Assembly (NCBI GenBank): GCA_049513915.1
Contig: JBEKVN010000002.1
Coordinates: 242-64,241, forward strand
Direction: 5' to 3'
DNA length: 64,000 nucleotides
Origin: Candidatus Aminicenantales bacterium
Lineage (GTDB): Bacteria > Acidobacteriota > Aminicenantia > Aminicenantales > Saccharicenantaceae
Shown here piece by piece: positions 55,713 through 64,000 of the stretch (positions within the stretch are counted from its first letter, which is position 1; the number at the start of each line of letters is the position of its first letter). A program made the translations under genes and the position numbers. The notes under the pieces are model-generated. The model worked only from the letters and a program-made list of their open reading frames with translations. It had not been told where the DNA came from and did no database searches.

Positions 55713-56738
55713 ATGTTCACAGAAAAAACGCTCCTCATCACTGGCGGCACAGGCAGCTTCGGAAACACGGTTTTGCATCGTTTCTTGGAAACGGACATAC
55801 GGGAAATCCGCATTTTCAGCCGTGACGAGAAGAAGCAGGATGAAATGCGGAATGCGCTCAGAGATCCTAAGGTAAAATTCTACCTTGGGAATGTACGCGA
55901 GTACGATAGCATCCTGCCAGCCATGAAAGGGGTGGATCTCGTCTTTCACGCCGCGGCTCTAAAGCAGGTTCCTTCATGCGAGTTCTTTCCCCTGGAGGCC
56001 GTCCGGACGAATACCCTGGGTGCAGAATACGTCATGAACGCGGCGCTCAAGTGCTCCGTCAAAAAGGTGATTGTCCTGAGCACTGATAAAGCCGTGTACC
56101 CGATAAACGCAATGGGAATGTCGAAAGCTCTCATGGAAAAAATGATGGTCGCCAAGGCTCGGGCTTATGGGGACTCTCAAACGATCTTCTGCGGGACGCG
56201 TTATGGCAACGTGATGGGGTCGCGCGGTTCGGTGATCCCTTTATTTATAAGGCAGATCCTCGAAGGCGTGCCGCTTACCGTCACGGATTCCAACATGACT
56301 CGCTTCATGATGTCGATTGATGGTGCCGTCGATTTGGTCACTTATGCGTTTGAGCATGGGAGGCCGGGTGATATCTTCGTCCAGAAGGCGCCTGCAGCCA
56401 CAATAGAAACGTTGACGATAGCATTGTTTAAGATCTTCGATGCGAAGAACGAGATCCGTGTCATTGGGACACGTCATGGAGAAAAGCTCTACGAGACACT
56501 CCTCAACCGGGAGGAGATGGCCAAAGCGGAAGACCTCGGCGATTATTATCGGGTTCCAGCGGACTGCCGGGATTTGAACTATTCGTGTTTCTTCACGGAA
56601 GGCGAACGTAAGATATCCGCTCAAGAGGAGTATAATTCTTACAATACGCGAAGGCTGGACGTTGATGAATTGGCTGAAATGCTTTCCCGGTTGGAAATCG
56701 TTCAGGAAGCTCTAACAACGGGCAGGGTAACAACTTAA
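55713..56738 (+). CDS. fnlA: UDP-N-acetylglucosamine 4,6-dehydratase/5-epimerase (FnlA/CapE/WbjB-like)
   Basis: KTLLITGGTGSFGNTVLHRFLETDIREIRIFSRDEKKQDEMR is almost diagnostic for FnlA/Cap5E. Confidence 0.8.
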   Translation: MFTEKTLLITGGTGSFGNTVLHRFLETDIREIRIFSRDEKKQDEMRNALRDPKVKFYLGNVREYDSILPAMKGVDLVFHAAALKQVPSCEFFPLEAVRTNTLGAEYVMNAALKCSVKKVIVLSTDKAVYPINAMGMSKALMEKMMVAKARAYGDSQTIFCGTRYGNVMGSRGSVIPLFIRQILEGVPLTVTDSNMTRFMMSIDGAVDLVTYAFEHGRPGDIFVQKAPAATIETLTIALFKIFDAKNEIRVIGTRHGEKLYETLLNREEMAKAEDLGDYYRVPADCRDLNYSCFFTEGERKISAQEEYNSYNTRRLDVDELAEMLSRLEIVQEALTTGRVTT

Positions 56739-56750
56739 GCTGGAACGTCA

Positions 56751-57875
56751 ATGCACGTTTTAGTGACCGGCGCCAAGGGGTTTATCGGTCGCAACCTTGT
56801 CGTTGCGCTTCATCGGCGTGGAGGCATCGATGTTCAAGAATATGACCTGGATTCGGCGCCTGAATCGCTAGAGAAAGGGGTCGCCTCTGCCGAGGTTATT
56901 TTCCATCTGGCCGGCGTGAACCGGCCGCAGAAAACGGAAGAGTTCGTCCAAGGAAATGTAGATTCCACAAAGCATCTTTGCGAGGTTTTGCGTCGCCTTG
57001 GCCGTAAGCCCACCCTGATTTATTCTTCATCGACGCAAGCCGTTCTAGACAATCCTTACGGGCAATCTAAGCGAAAAGCCGAAGATATCATTTTGACCTT
57101 TGGGGCAGGAACCGCTGCCAAGGTAGCGGTTTTCCGCCTCCCCGGCGTCTTTGGTAAATGGTGCAGGCCTAATTACAATTCGGTTGTGGCCACATTTTGC
57201 CATAATGTTGCCCATGGCCTGCCGCTCGAAATTAAAGACCCAGCCAAAGAGTTGGATTTAGTTCATATCGACGGTGTCGTAGCTGCGTTCCTTGGAATCT
57301 TAAATGCCCAGGGTAGAGTGGGAACCGATGGCTATTACCTTGTAGAACCTGTTTTCAAGATCACTCTTAATCGTTTGGCACAAATGATTCAAGGATTTCA
57401 TGCGAGTCGGAAGAGCTTAATCGTCCCGGACTTTTCAGATCATTTTGCCCGGTGTCTTTATTCCACATACATATCTTATTTGCCCACGGCCCAATTCTCT
57501 TATCCCCTTGAACAGCGTGAAGATGCAAGGGGTTCATTGGCCGAGGTGCTTAAATCCCCCAATTTCGGTCAGATCTTTGTCTCCCGGACACGACCTGGTG
57601 TCATGCGCGGAAATCACTACCACGATACAAAAGTCGAGAAGTTTGCCGTGCTGGAAGGGGACGCCGTCATCCGATTTCGTCATATCCTGGGTGAAGATAT
57701 CATTGAGTACCCGGTTTCGGGCAGAGAATTTCGGGTTGTGGATATCCCTCCCGGGTACACCCATAGCATAGAAAATATCGGACAATCTGACCTCATTGTT
57801 CTTTTCTGGGCCTATGAAGAGCTTAATCCCGCCGATTCGGACACTTACCCCCTAAACGTTAAGAAGGAAAAATGA
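56751..57875 (+). CDS. fnlB: UDP-2-acetamido-2,6-dideoxy-L-hexos-4-ulose reductase/epimerase (FnlB/CapF/WbjC-like)
   Basis: [20 protein letters not shown] plus a C-terminal cupin-like half. Its position between fnlA and fnlC homologues. Confidence 0.65.
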   Translation: MHVLVTGAKGFIGRNLVVALHRRGGIDVQEYDLDSAPESLEKGVASAEVIFHLAGVNRPQKTEEFVQGNVDSTKHLCEVLRRLGRKPTLIYSSSTQAVLDNPYGQSKRKAEDIILTFGAGTAAKVAVFRLPGVFGKWCRPNYNSVVATFCHNVAHGLPLEIKDPAKELDLVHIDGVVAAFLGILNAQGRVGTDGYYLVEPVFKITLNRLAQMIQGFHASRKSLIVPDFSDHFARCLYSTYISYLPTAQFSYPLEQREDARGSLAEVLKSPNFGQIFVSRTRPGVMRGNHYHDTKVEKFAVLEGDAVIRFRHILGEDIIEYPVSGREFRVVDIPPGYTHSIENIGQSDLIVLFWAYEELNPADSDTYPLNVKKEK

Positions 57876-59005
57876 TCATGAAGGTGATGACTGTTGTCGG
57901 CACACGCCCTGAAATTATCCGGCTGTCCCGCGTAATTGCCAATATCGACCGCTACATGACTCAGGTTATTGTCCATACCGGGCAGAATTATGATTACGAG
58001 CTCAATGAAATCTTTTTCGAAGACCTTGGATTACGGAAGCCGAATTACCTACTGGAGGCAGCTGGCTCGTCCGCGAGCGAAACGGTAGGAAAGATCATTG
58101 CCCGCGTCGACAAGGTTCTTGAAAAGGAGCGGCCCGATGCGATGCTCGTGCTCGGCGATACAAATACCTGCCTGGCAGCCTACCCCGCCAAACGGCATAA
58201 GATACCAGTTTTCCATATGGAGGCGGGGAACCGCTGCTTTGATGAACGAGTGCCCGAAGAGATAAACCGCCGTTTGGTGGACCATATCAGCGACATCAAT
58301 CTGCCTTATAGCCAGATTTCCAGGCAATATCTGTTGGCTGAGGGCTTTCCGGCAGATCGAATAATTGTTATTGGTAGTCCCATGTTCGAAGTCCTGTCAC
58401 ATTATCGGCCCAAGATCGAATCGTCAAAGGTCCTTGATACCCTTAAGCTGGTTCCTCAGGAGTTTTATCTCGTCAGCTGTCATCGGGAAGAAAATGTTGA
58501 TTCGGAGCCTCAATTTCGCGGTTTTATTGAAGTTTTAAATCGGCTTGCTGGCGAATTATCCCGAAGGATCATCGTAACCACGCATCCTCGGACAAGGTCG
58601 CGTCTCGAGAAAGAAAAGGCCAAGCTCGATGAGCGAGTCGAATTACATAAACCGTTCCGCTTTACAGATTATGTGAAGCTCCAGATCAATGCGAAAGCCG
58701 TGCTTTCGGATAGCGGCACAATCGCGGAAGAATCCTCGATCTTGAATTTTCCCGCTTTAAACATCAGGGAAGCCCACGAGCGACCGGAAGGGATGGAAGA
58801 GGGAGCGGTGATGATGGTCGGGCTAGCGTGGGAACGCGTTCACGAGGGGCTGACGATTCTGGAGGCGCAGCCTCGCGGCGACAATCGGCTGCTAAGGATA
58901 GTGCCCGACTATGATGTCCTGAACGTCTCGGAGAAAATCGTACGGCTTATCACGAGCTACACCGACTATGTGAATCGTGTGGTATGGAGGAAACCGCTGT
59001 CCTGA
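57872..59005 (+). CDS. fnlC: UDP-N-acetylglucosamine (UDP-L-PneNAc/FucNAc) 2-epimerase, non-hydrolysing (FnlC/CapG/WbjD-like)
   Basis: [17 protein letters not shown]...[26 protein letters not shown] is a WecB/FnlC-type epimerase. Start overlaps the fnlB stop (ATGA). Confidence 0.8.
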   Translation: MIMKVMTVVGTRPEIIRLSRVIANIDRYMTQVIVHTGQNYDYELNEIFFEDLGLRKPNYLLEAAGSSASETVGKIIARVDKVLEKERPDAMLVLGDTNTCLAAYPAKRHKIPVFHMEAGNRCFDERVPEEINRRLVDHISDINLPYSQISRQYLLAEGFPADRIIVIGSPMFEVLSHYRPKIESSKVLDTLKLVPQEFYLVSCHREENVDSEPQFRGFIEVLNRLAGELSRRIIVTTHPRTRSRLEKEKAKLDERVELHKPFRFTDYVKLQINAKAVLSDSGTIAEESSILNFPALNIREAHERPEGMEEGAVMMVGLAWERVHEGLTILEAQPRGDNRLLRIVPDYDVLNVSEKIVRLITSYTDYVNRVVWRKPLS

Positions 59006-59026
59006 AGCGGTGCATTCTCCCGACCG

Positions 59027-60253
59027 ATGAAAATCCTGCTTTTAACCCAATGGTACCCGCCTGAACCAGGCGTCTTTTTACAGGAATTAGCTCAGACTTT
59101 ACTGGCTAAGGGACATGATGTTACGGTTCTAACCGGTTTCCCTAACTATCCTTCAGGTAACCTCTATCCGGGCTATCGTCTGCGCCTGTACCAGCGGGAG
59201 ATGTTGGCAGGCGTGCCTGTGATCAGGGTTCCGCTCTATCTGGATCACAGTCTATCCAGCTTCAAACGCGTGCTGAATTACGCCTCTTTTGCTCTTTCCA
59301 GTTCGATTCTTGGGTTTTGGCTGGCGCCTAGACCGAATGTTATTTTTGTTTATCACCCCCCGCTCACAATGGGACTACCAGCGTGGATACTTAGCCGTCT
59401 TTGGCGTATTCAGTTTGTTTACCAAGTTCAAGATATGTGGCCCGAGACTTTGATTGCGACAGGAATGATCAAGAGCCGGCATCTGTTATCGATGACAGGA
59501 CGTTTTGCCCGATGGGTGTACGCAAAAGCCTACTCCATACTGGCAATCTCTCCCGGATTTAGAAAGAACCTTATAGAAAAGGGCGTATCGGCCGAGAAGG
59601 TGCGGGTTATCTCAAATTGGCTGGAAAACGATGTATCCGAAAGAACTGGTCCCGATACAAAACTGGCGCGGAGGTTGGGTTTGGCCGGGCGTTTTAACAT
59701 CATGTTTGCCGGAAATATCGGCGAGGCCCAGGGACTGGAAACAGTCCTCGAGGCTGCAGAGCTTCTTGAAAGTCTCCCGGAAATTCAATTCGTATTTATA
59801 GGTGACGGGATTGCCTTACCGCGCCTGGAGAAAATGGCCGCGACTAAATTAATTTCTAATGTACGTTTTCTTGGGCGCTTTCCCCATAATGCAATGCCCG
59901 GGCTGTTCGCCCTCGCCGACGTGCTACTTGTCCATCTCAAGGACGATCCATTATTCCGAATCACCATCCCCCATAAGATACTGAGCTATATGGGCAGTGG
60001 CAAGCCAATTCTTGCCGCGCTCGCCGGCGATGGGGCAGACCTCGTTACCGCCGCAGGGGCTGGCGTTTCTTGCCCTCCGGGAAAACCAGAAGATCTGGCG
60101 GTGGCCGTGCGAGATTTCCTGAAAATGTCCGCTGACGAGCGCAAGGCGATGGGCGAACGTGGGCTGCAAACAGTGCAAACGCGGTTTAGTCGAGAAGCTC
60201 TGATCGCGAAAATTGAAAAAGTATTAACGCAGGCCTCCAGATCAGAATGCTAA
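59027..60253 (+). CDS. Family 4 glycosyltransferase of the WbuB type (L-FucNAc transferase-like)
   Basis: MKILLLTQWYPPEPGVFLQELAQTLLAKGHDVTVLTGFPNYPSG...FPHK is the WbuB/WbjE-like N-terminus. Directly downstream of fnlABC as in known L-FucNAc loci. Confidence 0.65.
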   Translation: MKILLLTQWYPPEPGVFLQELAQTLLAKGHDVTVLTGFPNYPSGNLYPGYRLRLYQREMLAGVPVIRVPLYLDHSLSSFKRVLNYASFALSSSILGFWLAPRPNVIFVYHPPLTMGLPAWILSRLWRIQFVYQVQDMWPETLIATGMIKSRHLLSMTGRFARWVYAKAYSILAISPGFRKNLIEKGVSAEKVRVISNWLENDVSERTGPDTKLARRLGLAGRFNIMFAGNIGEAQGLETVLEAAELLESLPEIQFVFIGDGIALPRLEKMAATKLISNVRFLGRFPHNAMPGLFALADVLLVHLKDDPLFRITIPHKILSYMGSGKPILAALAGDGADLVTAAGAGVSCPPGKPEDLAVAVRDFLKMSADERKAMGERGLQTVQTRFSREALIAKIEKVLTQASRSEC

Positions 60254-60259
60254 CCATCT

Positions 60260-60880
60260 ATGTATAAGCAGGTTGGCAAAAGGCTATTTGATATTTTTTT
60301 CACGATTCTCGCATTGTGCTTTTTCGCGCCCCTCATGGGTCTGATTGTGCTCTTAGTATGCGTTAAGCTTGGTCAGCCCATTTTATTCCATCAAAGGCGG
60401 CCCGGTTTAAACGAAAAGCCGTTCACCCTTCTTAAGTTCCGTACGATGGCTTCTGCTTGCGATGCGAAGGGCAATGTGCGCCCTGATGCAGAACGGCTGA
60501 CATCGTTTGGGCGCTTTCTGCGTACTACGTCGCTCGACGAATTGCCCGAATTTTATAATGTCCTTCGGGGTGAAATGAGCACAGTAGGGCCACGCCCACT
60601 ACTCATGAAGTACCTTGGTCTCTATACTCCGGAGCAGGCTCGGCGACATAAAATCAAGCCAGGAATCACCGGCTGGGCCCAGATAAACGGCCGGAATGCA
60701 ATAACTTGGGAAGGAAAATTCAAACTGGACGTATGGTATGTAGATCACATATCTTTTTGGCTCGATGTAAAGATTATAGCGTTGACCCTTTGGGCGCTTT
60801 TTAAGCGTAAGGGTATTAATCAACCCGGGCAGGCCACAATGGAAGAATTCCTGGGTGGCATTGCGAATACGAAGGAATAA
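60260..60880 (+). CDS. Polyprenyl-phosphate sugar-1-phosphate transferase (PglC/WbaP-C-terminal-type 'bacterial sugar transferase')
   Basis: KRLFDIFFTILALCFFAPLMGLIVLLVCVKLGQPILFHQRRPGLNEKPFTLLKFRTM...LDELPEFYNVLRGEMSTVGPRPLL is the family signature. Confidence 0.8.
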   Translation: MYKQVGKRLFDIFFTILALCFFAPLMGLIVLLVCVKLGQPILFHQRRPGLNEKPFTLLKFRTMASACDAKGNVRPDAERLTSFGRFLRTTSLDELPEFYNVLRGEMSTVGPRPLLMKYLGLYTPEQARRHKIKPGITGWAQINGRNAITWEGKFKLDVWYVDHISFWLDVKIIALTLWALFKRKGINQPGQATMEEFLGGIANTKE

Positions 60881-60936
60881 CTAAGCTCTATGGTTGCTCT
60901 AAATCTCTCAGGTCGATCATATGGAGGAATAGGATA

Positions 60937-61602
60937 ATGCGCCTGTTTGTTTATTGTGCCGGCGGGATCGGTCGAGAAACGCATGATATCGCCATAAAAG
61001 CCAACTCTCAAAGTCCCCAATGGAGCGAGATCTGTTTTATTGACGATTTCATGGATGCGGGGCAGTTTTATGGAATCCGGCAATTCACGTATGAACAATT
61101 CAAGAAAACTTTTAATCCGGCTGAATGTCGGGTGGTTATCGCCAATGGCGAACCTCGCGGTAGAAGGATATTGGCCGACAAGGTGCGAGGTGATAACTTC
61201 GCCCTCGGAAGCGTCGTGGATCCTACGGCCCGAATTTCCCCTTCAGCTCGCTTGGGCGAGGGCATTGTTCTGTTTCCCAACACCTACATTTCCAGTTGCG
61301 CGGTCATCGGAGACAACGTCCTCGTCAGTATCGGCTCAGCCATTGGGCACGATAGCGTCATCGGTGAAAACGCCGTCGTTTCAACTCTTGTCAGCGTTTC
61401 AGGAAACTGTTCCATCGGAGCTGGCTGCTATATCGGAACTCAGTCGTGCATCAAGGAAAAGGTCTCCATCGGGGAGAACACGATCGTTGGAATGGGATCG
61501 TGTGTGTTCCGTGACGTGGGCGCAGACGTGATCGCCCTTGGCAATCCCGCTCGCGTAGCCAGGGCGAACATCGACCAGAAGGTTTTCGAATCCTCCAAGT
61601 AG
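60937..61602 (+). CDS. Hexapeptide-repeat acetyltransferase of the NeuD/PglD/PglB family
   Basis: N-terminal Rossmann-like MRLFVYCAGGIGRETHDIA. C-terminal left-handed beta-helix repeats (IGDNVLVSIGSAIGHDSVIGENAVVS...). Confidence 0.7.
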   Translation: MRLFVYCAGGIGRETHDIAIKANSQSPQWSEICFIDDFMDAGQFYGIRQFTYEQFKKTFNPAECRVVIANGEPRGRRILADKVRGDNFALGSVVDPTARISPSARLGEGIVLFPNTYISSCAVIGDNVLVSIGSAIGHDSVIGENAVVSTLVSVSGNCSIGAGCYIGTQSCIKEKVSIGENTIVGMGSCVFRDVGADVIALGNPARVARANIDQKVFESSK

Positions 61603-61648
61603 CCAAAGGAATTATGTGGGATTCTGATATACGCGGAGGTTAGCTGTT

Positions 61649-61888
61649 TTGACAAACAGAGAGAAGTATGACCGTGTTTTTATGGAATGCTTTCACCTCG
61701 CAAAAGAAATGCTGAATGAGTCCCTTGTTTACCAATCCGTTCCGACATGGGACTCGGTAGGACACATGGCCATGATTGCAGCGCTCGAGGAACGCTTCGA
61801 GATCATGATTGAAACCGACGATGTCATAGACTTCGGCTCTTACCTCAAGGGTAAGGAGATATTGGCCAAGTATAATGTGGCGATCTGA
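61649..61888 (+). CDS. Acyl carrier protein-like protein
   Basis: 79 aa with phosphopantetheine-attachment context TWDSVGHMAMIAALEERFEI. TTG start 10 nt after GGAGG; the first ATG would give a too-short N-terminus. Confidence 0.55.
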   Translation: MTNREKYDRVFMECFHLAKEMLNESLVYQSVPTWDSVGHMAMIAALEERFEIMIETDDVIDFGSYLKGKEILAKYNVAI

Positions 61889-61890
61889 AG

Positions 61891-63288
61891 ATGGACTTTT
61901 TTGATTCTATAAACGTTTACGGCCCTTCGGCCGCCGTCATGACCGAAGAGGGCCAAGTCGTGTCTTACAGCGACTTCATAAGTTGCGCTGACAAGATTGG
62001 CAAGGCCGTTGATGACCGTTGTGTCATTTTTTGTATTTGCGCAAACAATGTTGAATCTTTGGCGGGCTACATAGGCTTACTCCGACGAAAAGCAGTGCCA
62101 GTTCTCGTTAATCTCAGCACAAACTTGAGCCTTCTTGCTGACCTGCTAAAAGCTTACAGCCCGCGGTATATTTATTTGCCCAGTGGCGCGGCTGGAGGAT
62201 TCCCAGACTGGAAATGCGTATCCACGTTTCGACAATATAGTTTGTTACGTGCTGCGGATGCCATTGCTTATCCCATTCACCCGGATTTGGCACTGCTTTT
62301 GACCACCTCGGGCAGTACGGGCAGCCCCAAGCTTGTGCGCCAGTCATATAGCAATTTAATCAGTAACGCGGAATCTATTGCAAAATACTTGGGCATCGCT
62401 GCCTCAGACAGGCCCATTACCACCCTGCCCATGAGCTACACTTACGGATTATCCATTATTAATAGCCACCTGCTTATGGGCGCAACGATCCTCCTCACCG
62501 AAAGACCGGTCTTAGACAGGGGCTTCTGGCAGTTTCTGAGAAACCATGGCGCTACGACCTTCGGCGGGGTCCCGTATATTTACGAGATGCTAAAAAAACT
62601 CAAGTTCGCGCACATGGATCTTCCTACTCTTAGAATTCTCACTCAGGCCGGAGGCAGACTGGATCCTGAACTTACCCGTGAGTTTGCCGAGATCTGCTCT
62701 GCAAAAGGCATTCGGTTCGTGGTCATGTACGGCCAGACCGAGGCCACGGCCCGCATATCCTATCTCCCCCCGGAATACGCTCTTTCGAAAGCCGGAAGTA
62801 TCGGCGTCGCCATACCTGGCGGCGAATTGTTGCTTATCGACGACAACGGCGGGATCATCGGGGACAGCGATGTCTCCGGCGAGCTTGTCTACAGGGGTCC
62901 CAACGTGATGCTCGGTTACGCCGACACTTATGCCGACTTGGCAAAGGGCGACGAGAACAGGGGCGTCCTCAAGACCGGTGATCTGGCAACGCGCGATGTC
63001 GACGGCTTCTATTATATAGTTGGCCGGAAGAAAAGGTTCTTAAAGCTCTTCGGCAATCGCGTCAATCTGGACGAGGTGGAAAACCTTCTTAAGAGCGCAG
63101 GATATAATTGCGCCTGCGCCGGCAGGGACGATTTAATGGTAATTTATACGTGCGCGGATGACGTTGACTCAATTCGGGAGCACATCCTGCAACACACTAC
63201 AGTGAATCCAAATGGATTCACCGTACGGAAGACATCAATCATCCCCCGCAACGAATCGGGGAAGATACTTTATTCGGCCATCGACTGA
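61891..63288 (+). CDS. AMP-dependent synthetase/ligase (acyl-ACP/CoA ligase-like adenylating enzyme)
   Basis: AMP-binding motif LLTTSGSTGSPKLV. Further motifs YGQTE and GDLATRDVDGFYYIVGRKKRFLK. Confidence 0.75.
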   Translation: MDFFDSINVYGPSAAVMTEEGQVVSYSDFISCADKIGKAVDDRCVIFCICANNVESLAGYIGLLRRKAVPVLVNLSTNLSLLADLLKAYSPRYIYLPSGAAGGFPDWKCVSTFRQYSLLRAADAIAYPIHPDLALLLTTSGSTGSPKLVRQSYSNLISNAESIAKYLGIAASDRPITTLPMSYTYGLSIINSHLLMGATILLTERPVLDRGFWQFLRNHGATTFGGVPYIYEMLKKLKFAHMDLPTLRILTQAGGRLDPELTREFAEICSAKGIRFVVMYGQTEATARISYLPPEYALSKAGSIGVAIPGGELLLIDDNGGIIGDSDVSGELVYRGPNVMLGYADTYADLAKGDENRGVLKTGDLATRDVDGFYYIVGRKKRFLKLFGNRVNLDEVENLLKSAGYNCACAGRDDLMVIYTCADDVDSIREHILQHTTVNPNGFTVRKTSIIPRNESGKILYSAID

Positions 63289-63301
63289 TTGTAGGACAAC
63301 C

Positions 63302-64000
63302 GTGTTCGCCCAGACCAGCCCATTAAATGGGCCGGTGTATGCGCTGGAGAAAGAAAAGAAGGACGCCCTCTTTTCGCAAATGCTGGGAGATCTCACAAGA
63401 AAGCACTATGCCGGATGCGCCGGGTACAGGAAGATATTGGACCTGATCGGGTTCGATGTGGCGAGTTTGACCCGGCCCGAGGATTTCCCGTTCCTGCCCG
63501 TGCGCCTTTTCAAGGAATACGATCTCCTCAGCGTCCCGCGCGAAGAGATTGTCAAGACCATAACATCATCGGGCACTTCGAACCAGCAGGTGTCGCGCAT
63601 CCACCTTGACCGTGAGACCTCGGCCAACCAAACCAAGGCGCTGGCAAGAATAGCTTCTTCGTTTCTCGGGGCGCAACGGCTTCCTATGCTCATTATAGAT
63701 TCCCAGATGGTGATTAAAGAAAGAAGGCAATTCTCCGCCCGTGGCGCCGGCATCTTGGGCTTTTCCATGCTTGGGCGCGACCAATCCTATGCTCTGGACG
63801 AGAACTTGGAGCTGGATATGGAAGGCGTCGCCGCCTTTCTTGATCGGCACCATGGTGAACCGGTGATGCTTTTCGGCTTTACTTACATCATCTGGGCGCA
63901 TTTCCTCTGCGTTCTCAGGAAGCGGGGGGTCAAGCTTGATATAAGCGAGGGGATTATTATTCATGGCGGCGGTTGGAAGAAGCTGGTTGAACAGTCTGTT
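63302..64000 (+). CDS. LuxE-like acyl-protein synthetase family protein (partial, continues beyond window end)
   Basis: Manual translation from the GTG at 63302: VFAQTSPLNGPVYALEKEKKDALFSQMLGDLTRKHYAGCAGYRKILDLIGFDV...TSSGTSNQQVSRIHLDRETS...GEPVMLFGFTYIIW... resembles Pfam LuxE-type acyl-protein synthetases. It is open to the window end, so it is absent from the track. Confidence 0.45.
   Translation, partial: MFAQTSPLNGPVYALEKEKKDALFSQMLGDLTRKHYAGCAGYRKILDLIGFDVASLTRPEDFPFLPVRLFKEYDLLSVPREEIVKTITSSGTSNQQVSRIHLDRETSANQTKALARIASSFLGAQRLPMLIIDSQMVIKERRQFSARGAGILGFSMLGRDQSYALDENLELDMEGVAAFLDRHHGEPVMLFGFTYIIWAHFLCVLRKRGVKLDISEGIIIHGGGWKKLVEQSV

Overview
This is a 64-kb bacterial chromosomal window with two contrasting parts. 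About 1–43 kb is very GC-rich; 43.7–46.8 kb is intermediate and 46.9–64 kb markedly AT-richer. The GC percentages were judged by eye, not computed.

The GC-rich part encodes mainly envelope and periplasmic functions: a LysE exporter, a receiver-domain/TonB-C fusion protein, a C1 cysteine peptidase, an M48 peptidase with zinc ribbons, a tricorn-like protease, two secreted cupin proteins (one fused to an SMP-30/gluconolactonase domain), a Tat-secreted DUF362 protein, a bile-acid:Na+ symporter-family transporter, a putative outer-membrane protein, a lipoprotein/radical-SAM gene pair, an aspartase/fumarase-family lyase, the DEAH helicase HrpA, a flavoprotein disulfide oxidoreductase, a secreted HExxH protein and a polysaccharide deacetylase. 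It also carries a small toxin–antitoxin/conflict island (two VapBC pairs, a VapC remnant, a LOG-family protein and a wHTH-nucleotidyltransferase/HEPN pair), a hybrid histidine kinase and a receiver/HD-GYP regulator.

The most striking signals are repeat-based:
- A composite palindromic repeat (a CTTAAGTCC…GGACTTAAG hairpin plus a TTGGTCCGACCCCAA box) occurs at five intergenic loci. One copy extends the lyase ORF and two flank the TA island.
- An IS200/IS605-type tyrosine transposase (RAYT-like) sits next to its own REP array (core GGGACAC/GTGTCCC).
- At least three, probably four, REP-like palindromes lie inside the continuous hrpA reading frame, in the manner of Rickettsia palindromic elements. 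A second palindrome family (AGAAGGGGTC termini) has one copy inside hrpA and one intergenic.

The low-GC 3' third is a surface-polysaccharide (O-antigen/capsule-like) locus. It has GDP-sugar genes (GME, Gmd, Rmd), dTDP-sugar genes (RfbB, RfbA, a DegT aminotransferase) and UDP-L-FucNAc genes (FnlABC). It also has Wzx- and Wzy-like proteins, three glycosyltransferases, an initiating sugar-phosphate transferase, a NeuD-type acetyltransferase and an ACP/AMP-ligase/LuxE-like acylation module. The locus looks horizontally acquired.

No rRNA, tRNA or CRISPR array was recognised. All calls are from manual reading of the sequence and the supplied ORF track; no database search was run.
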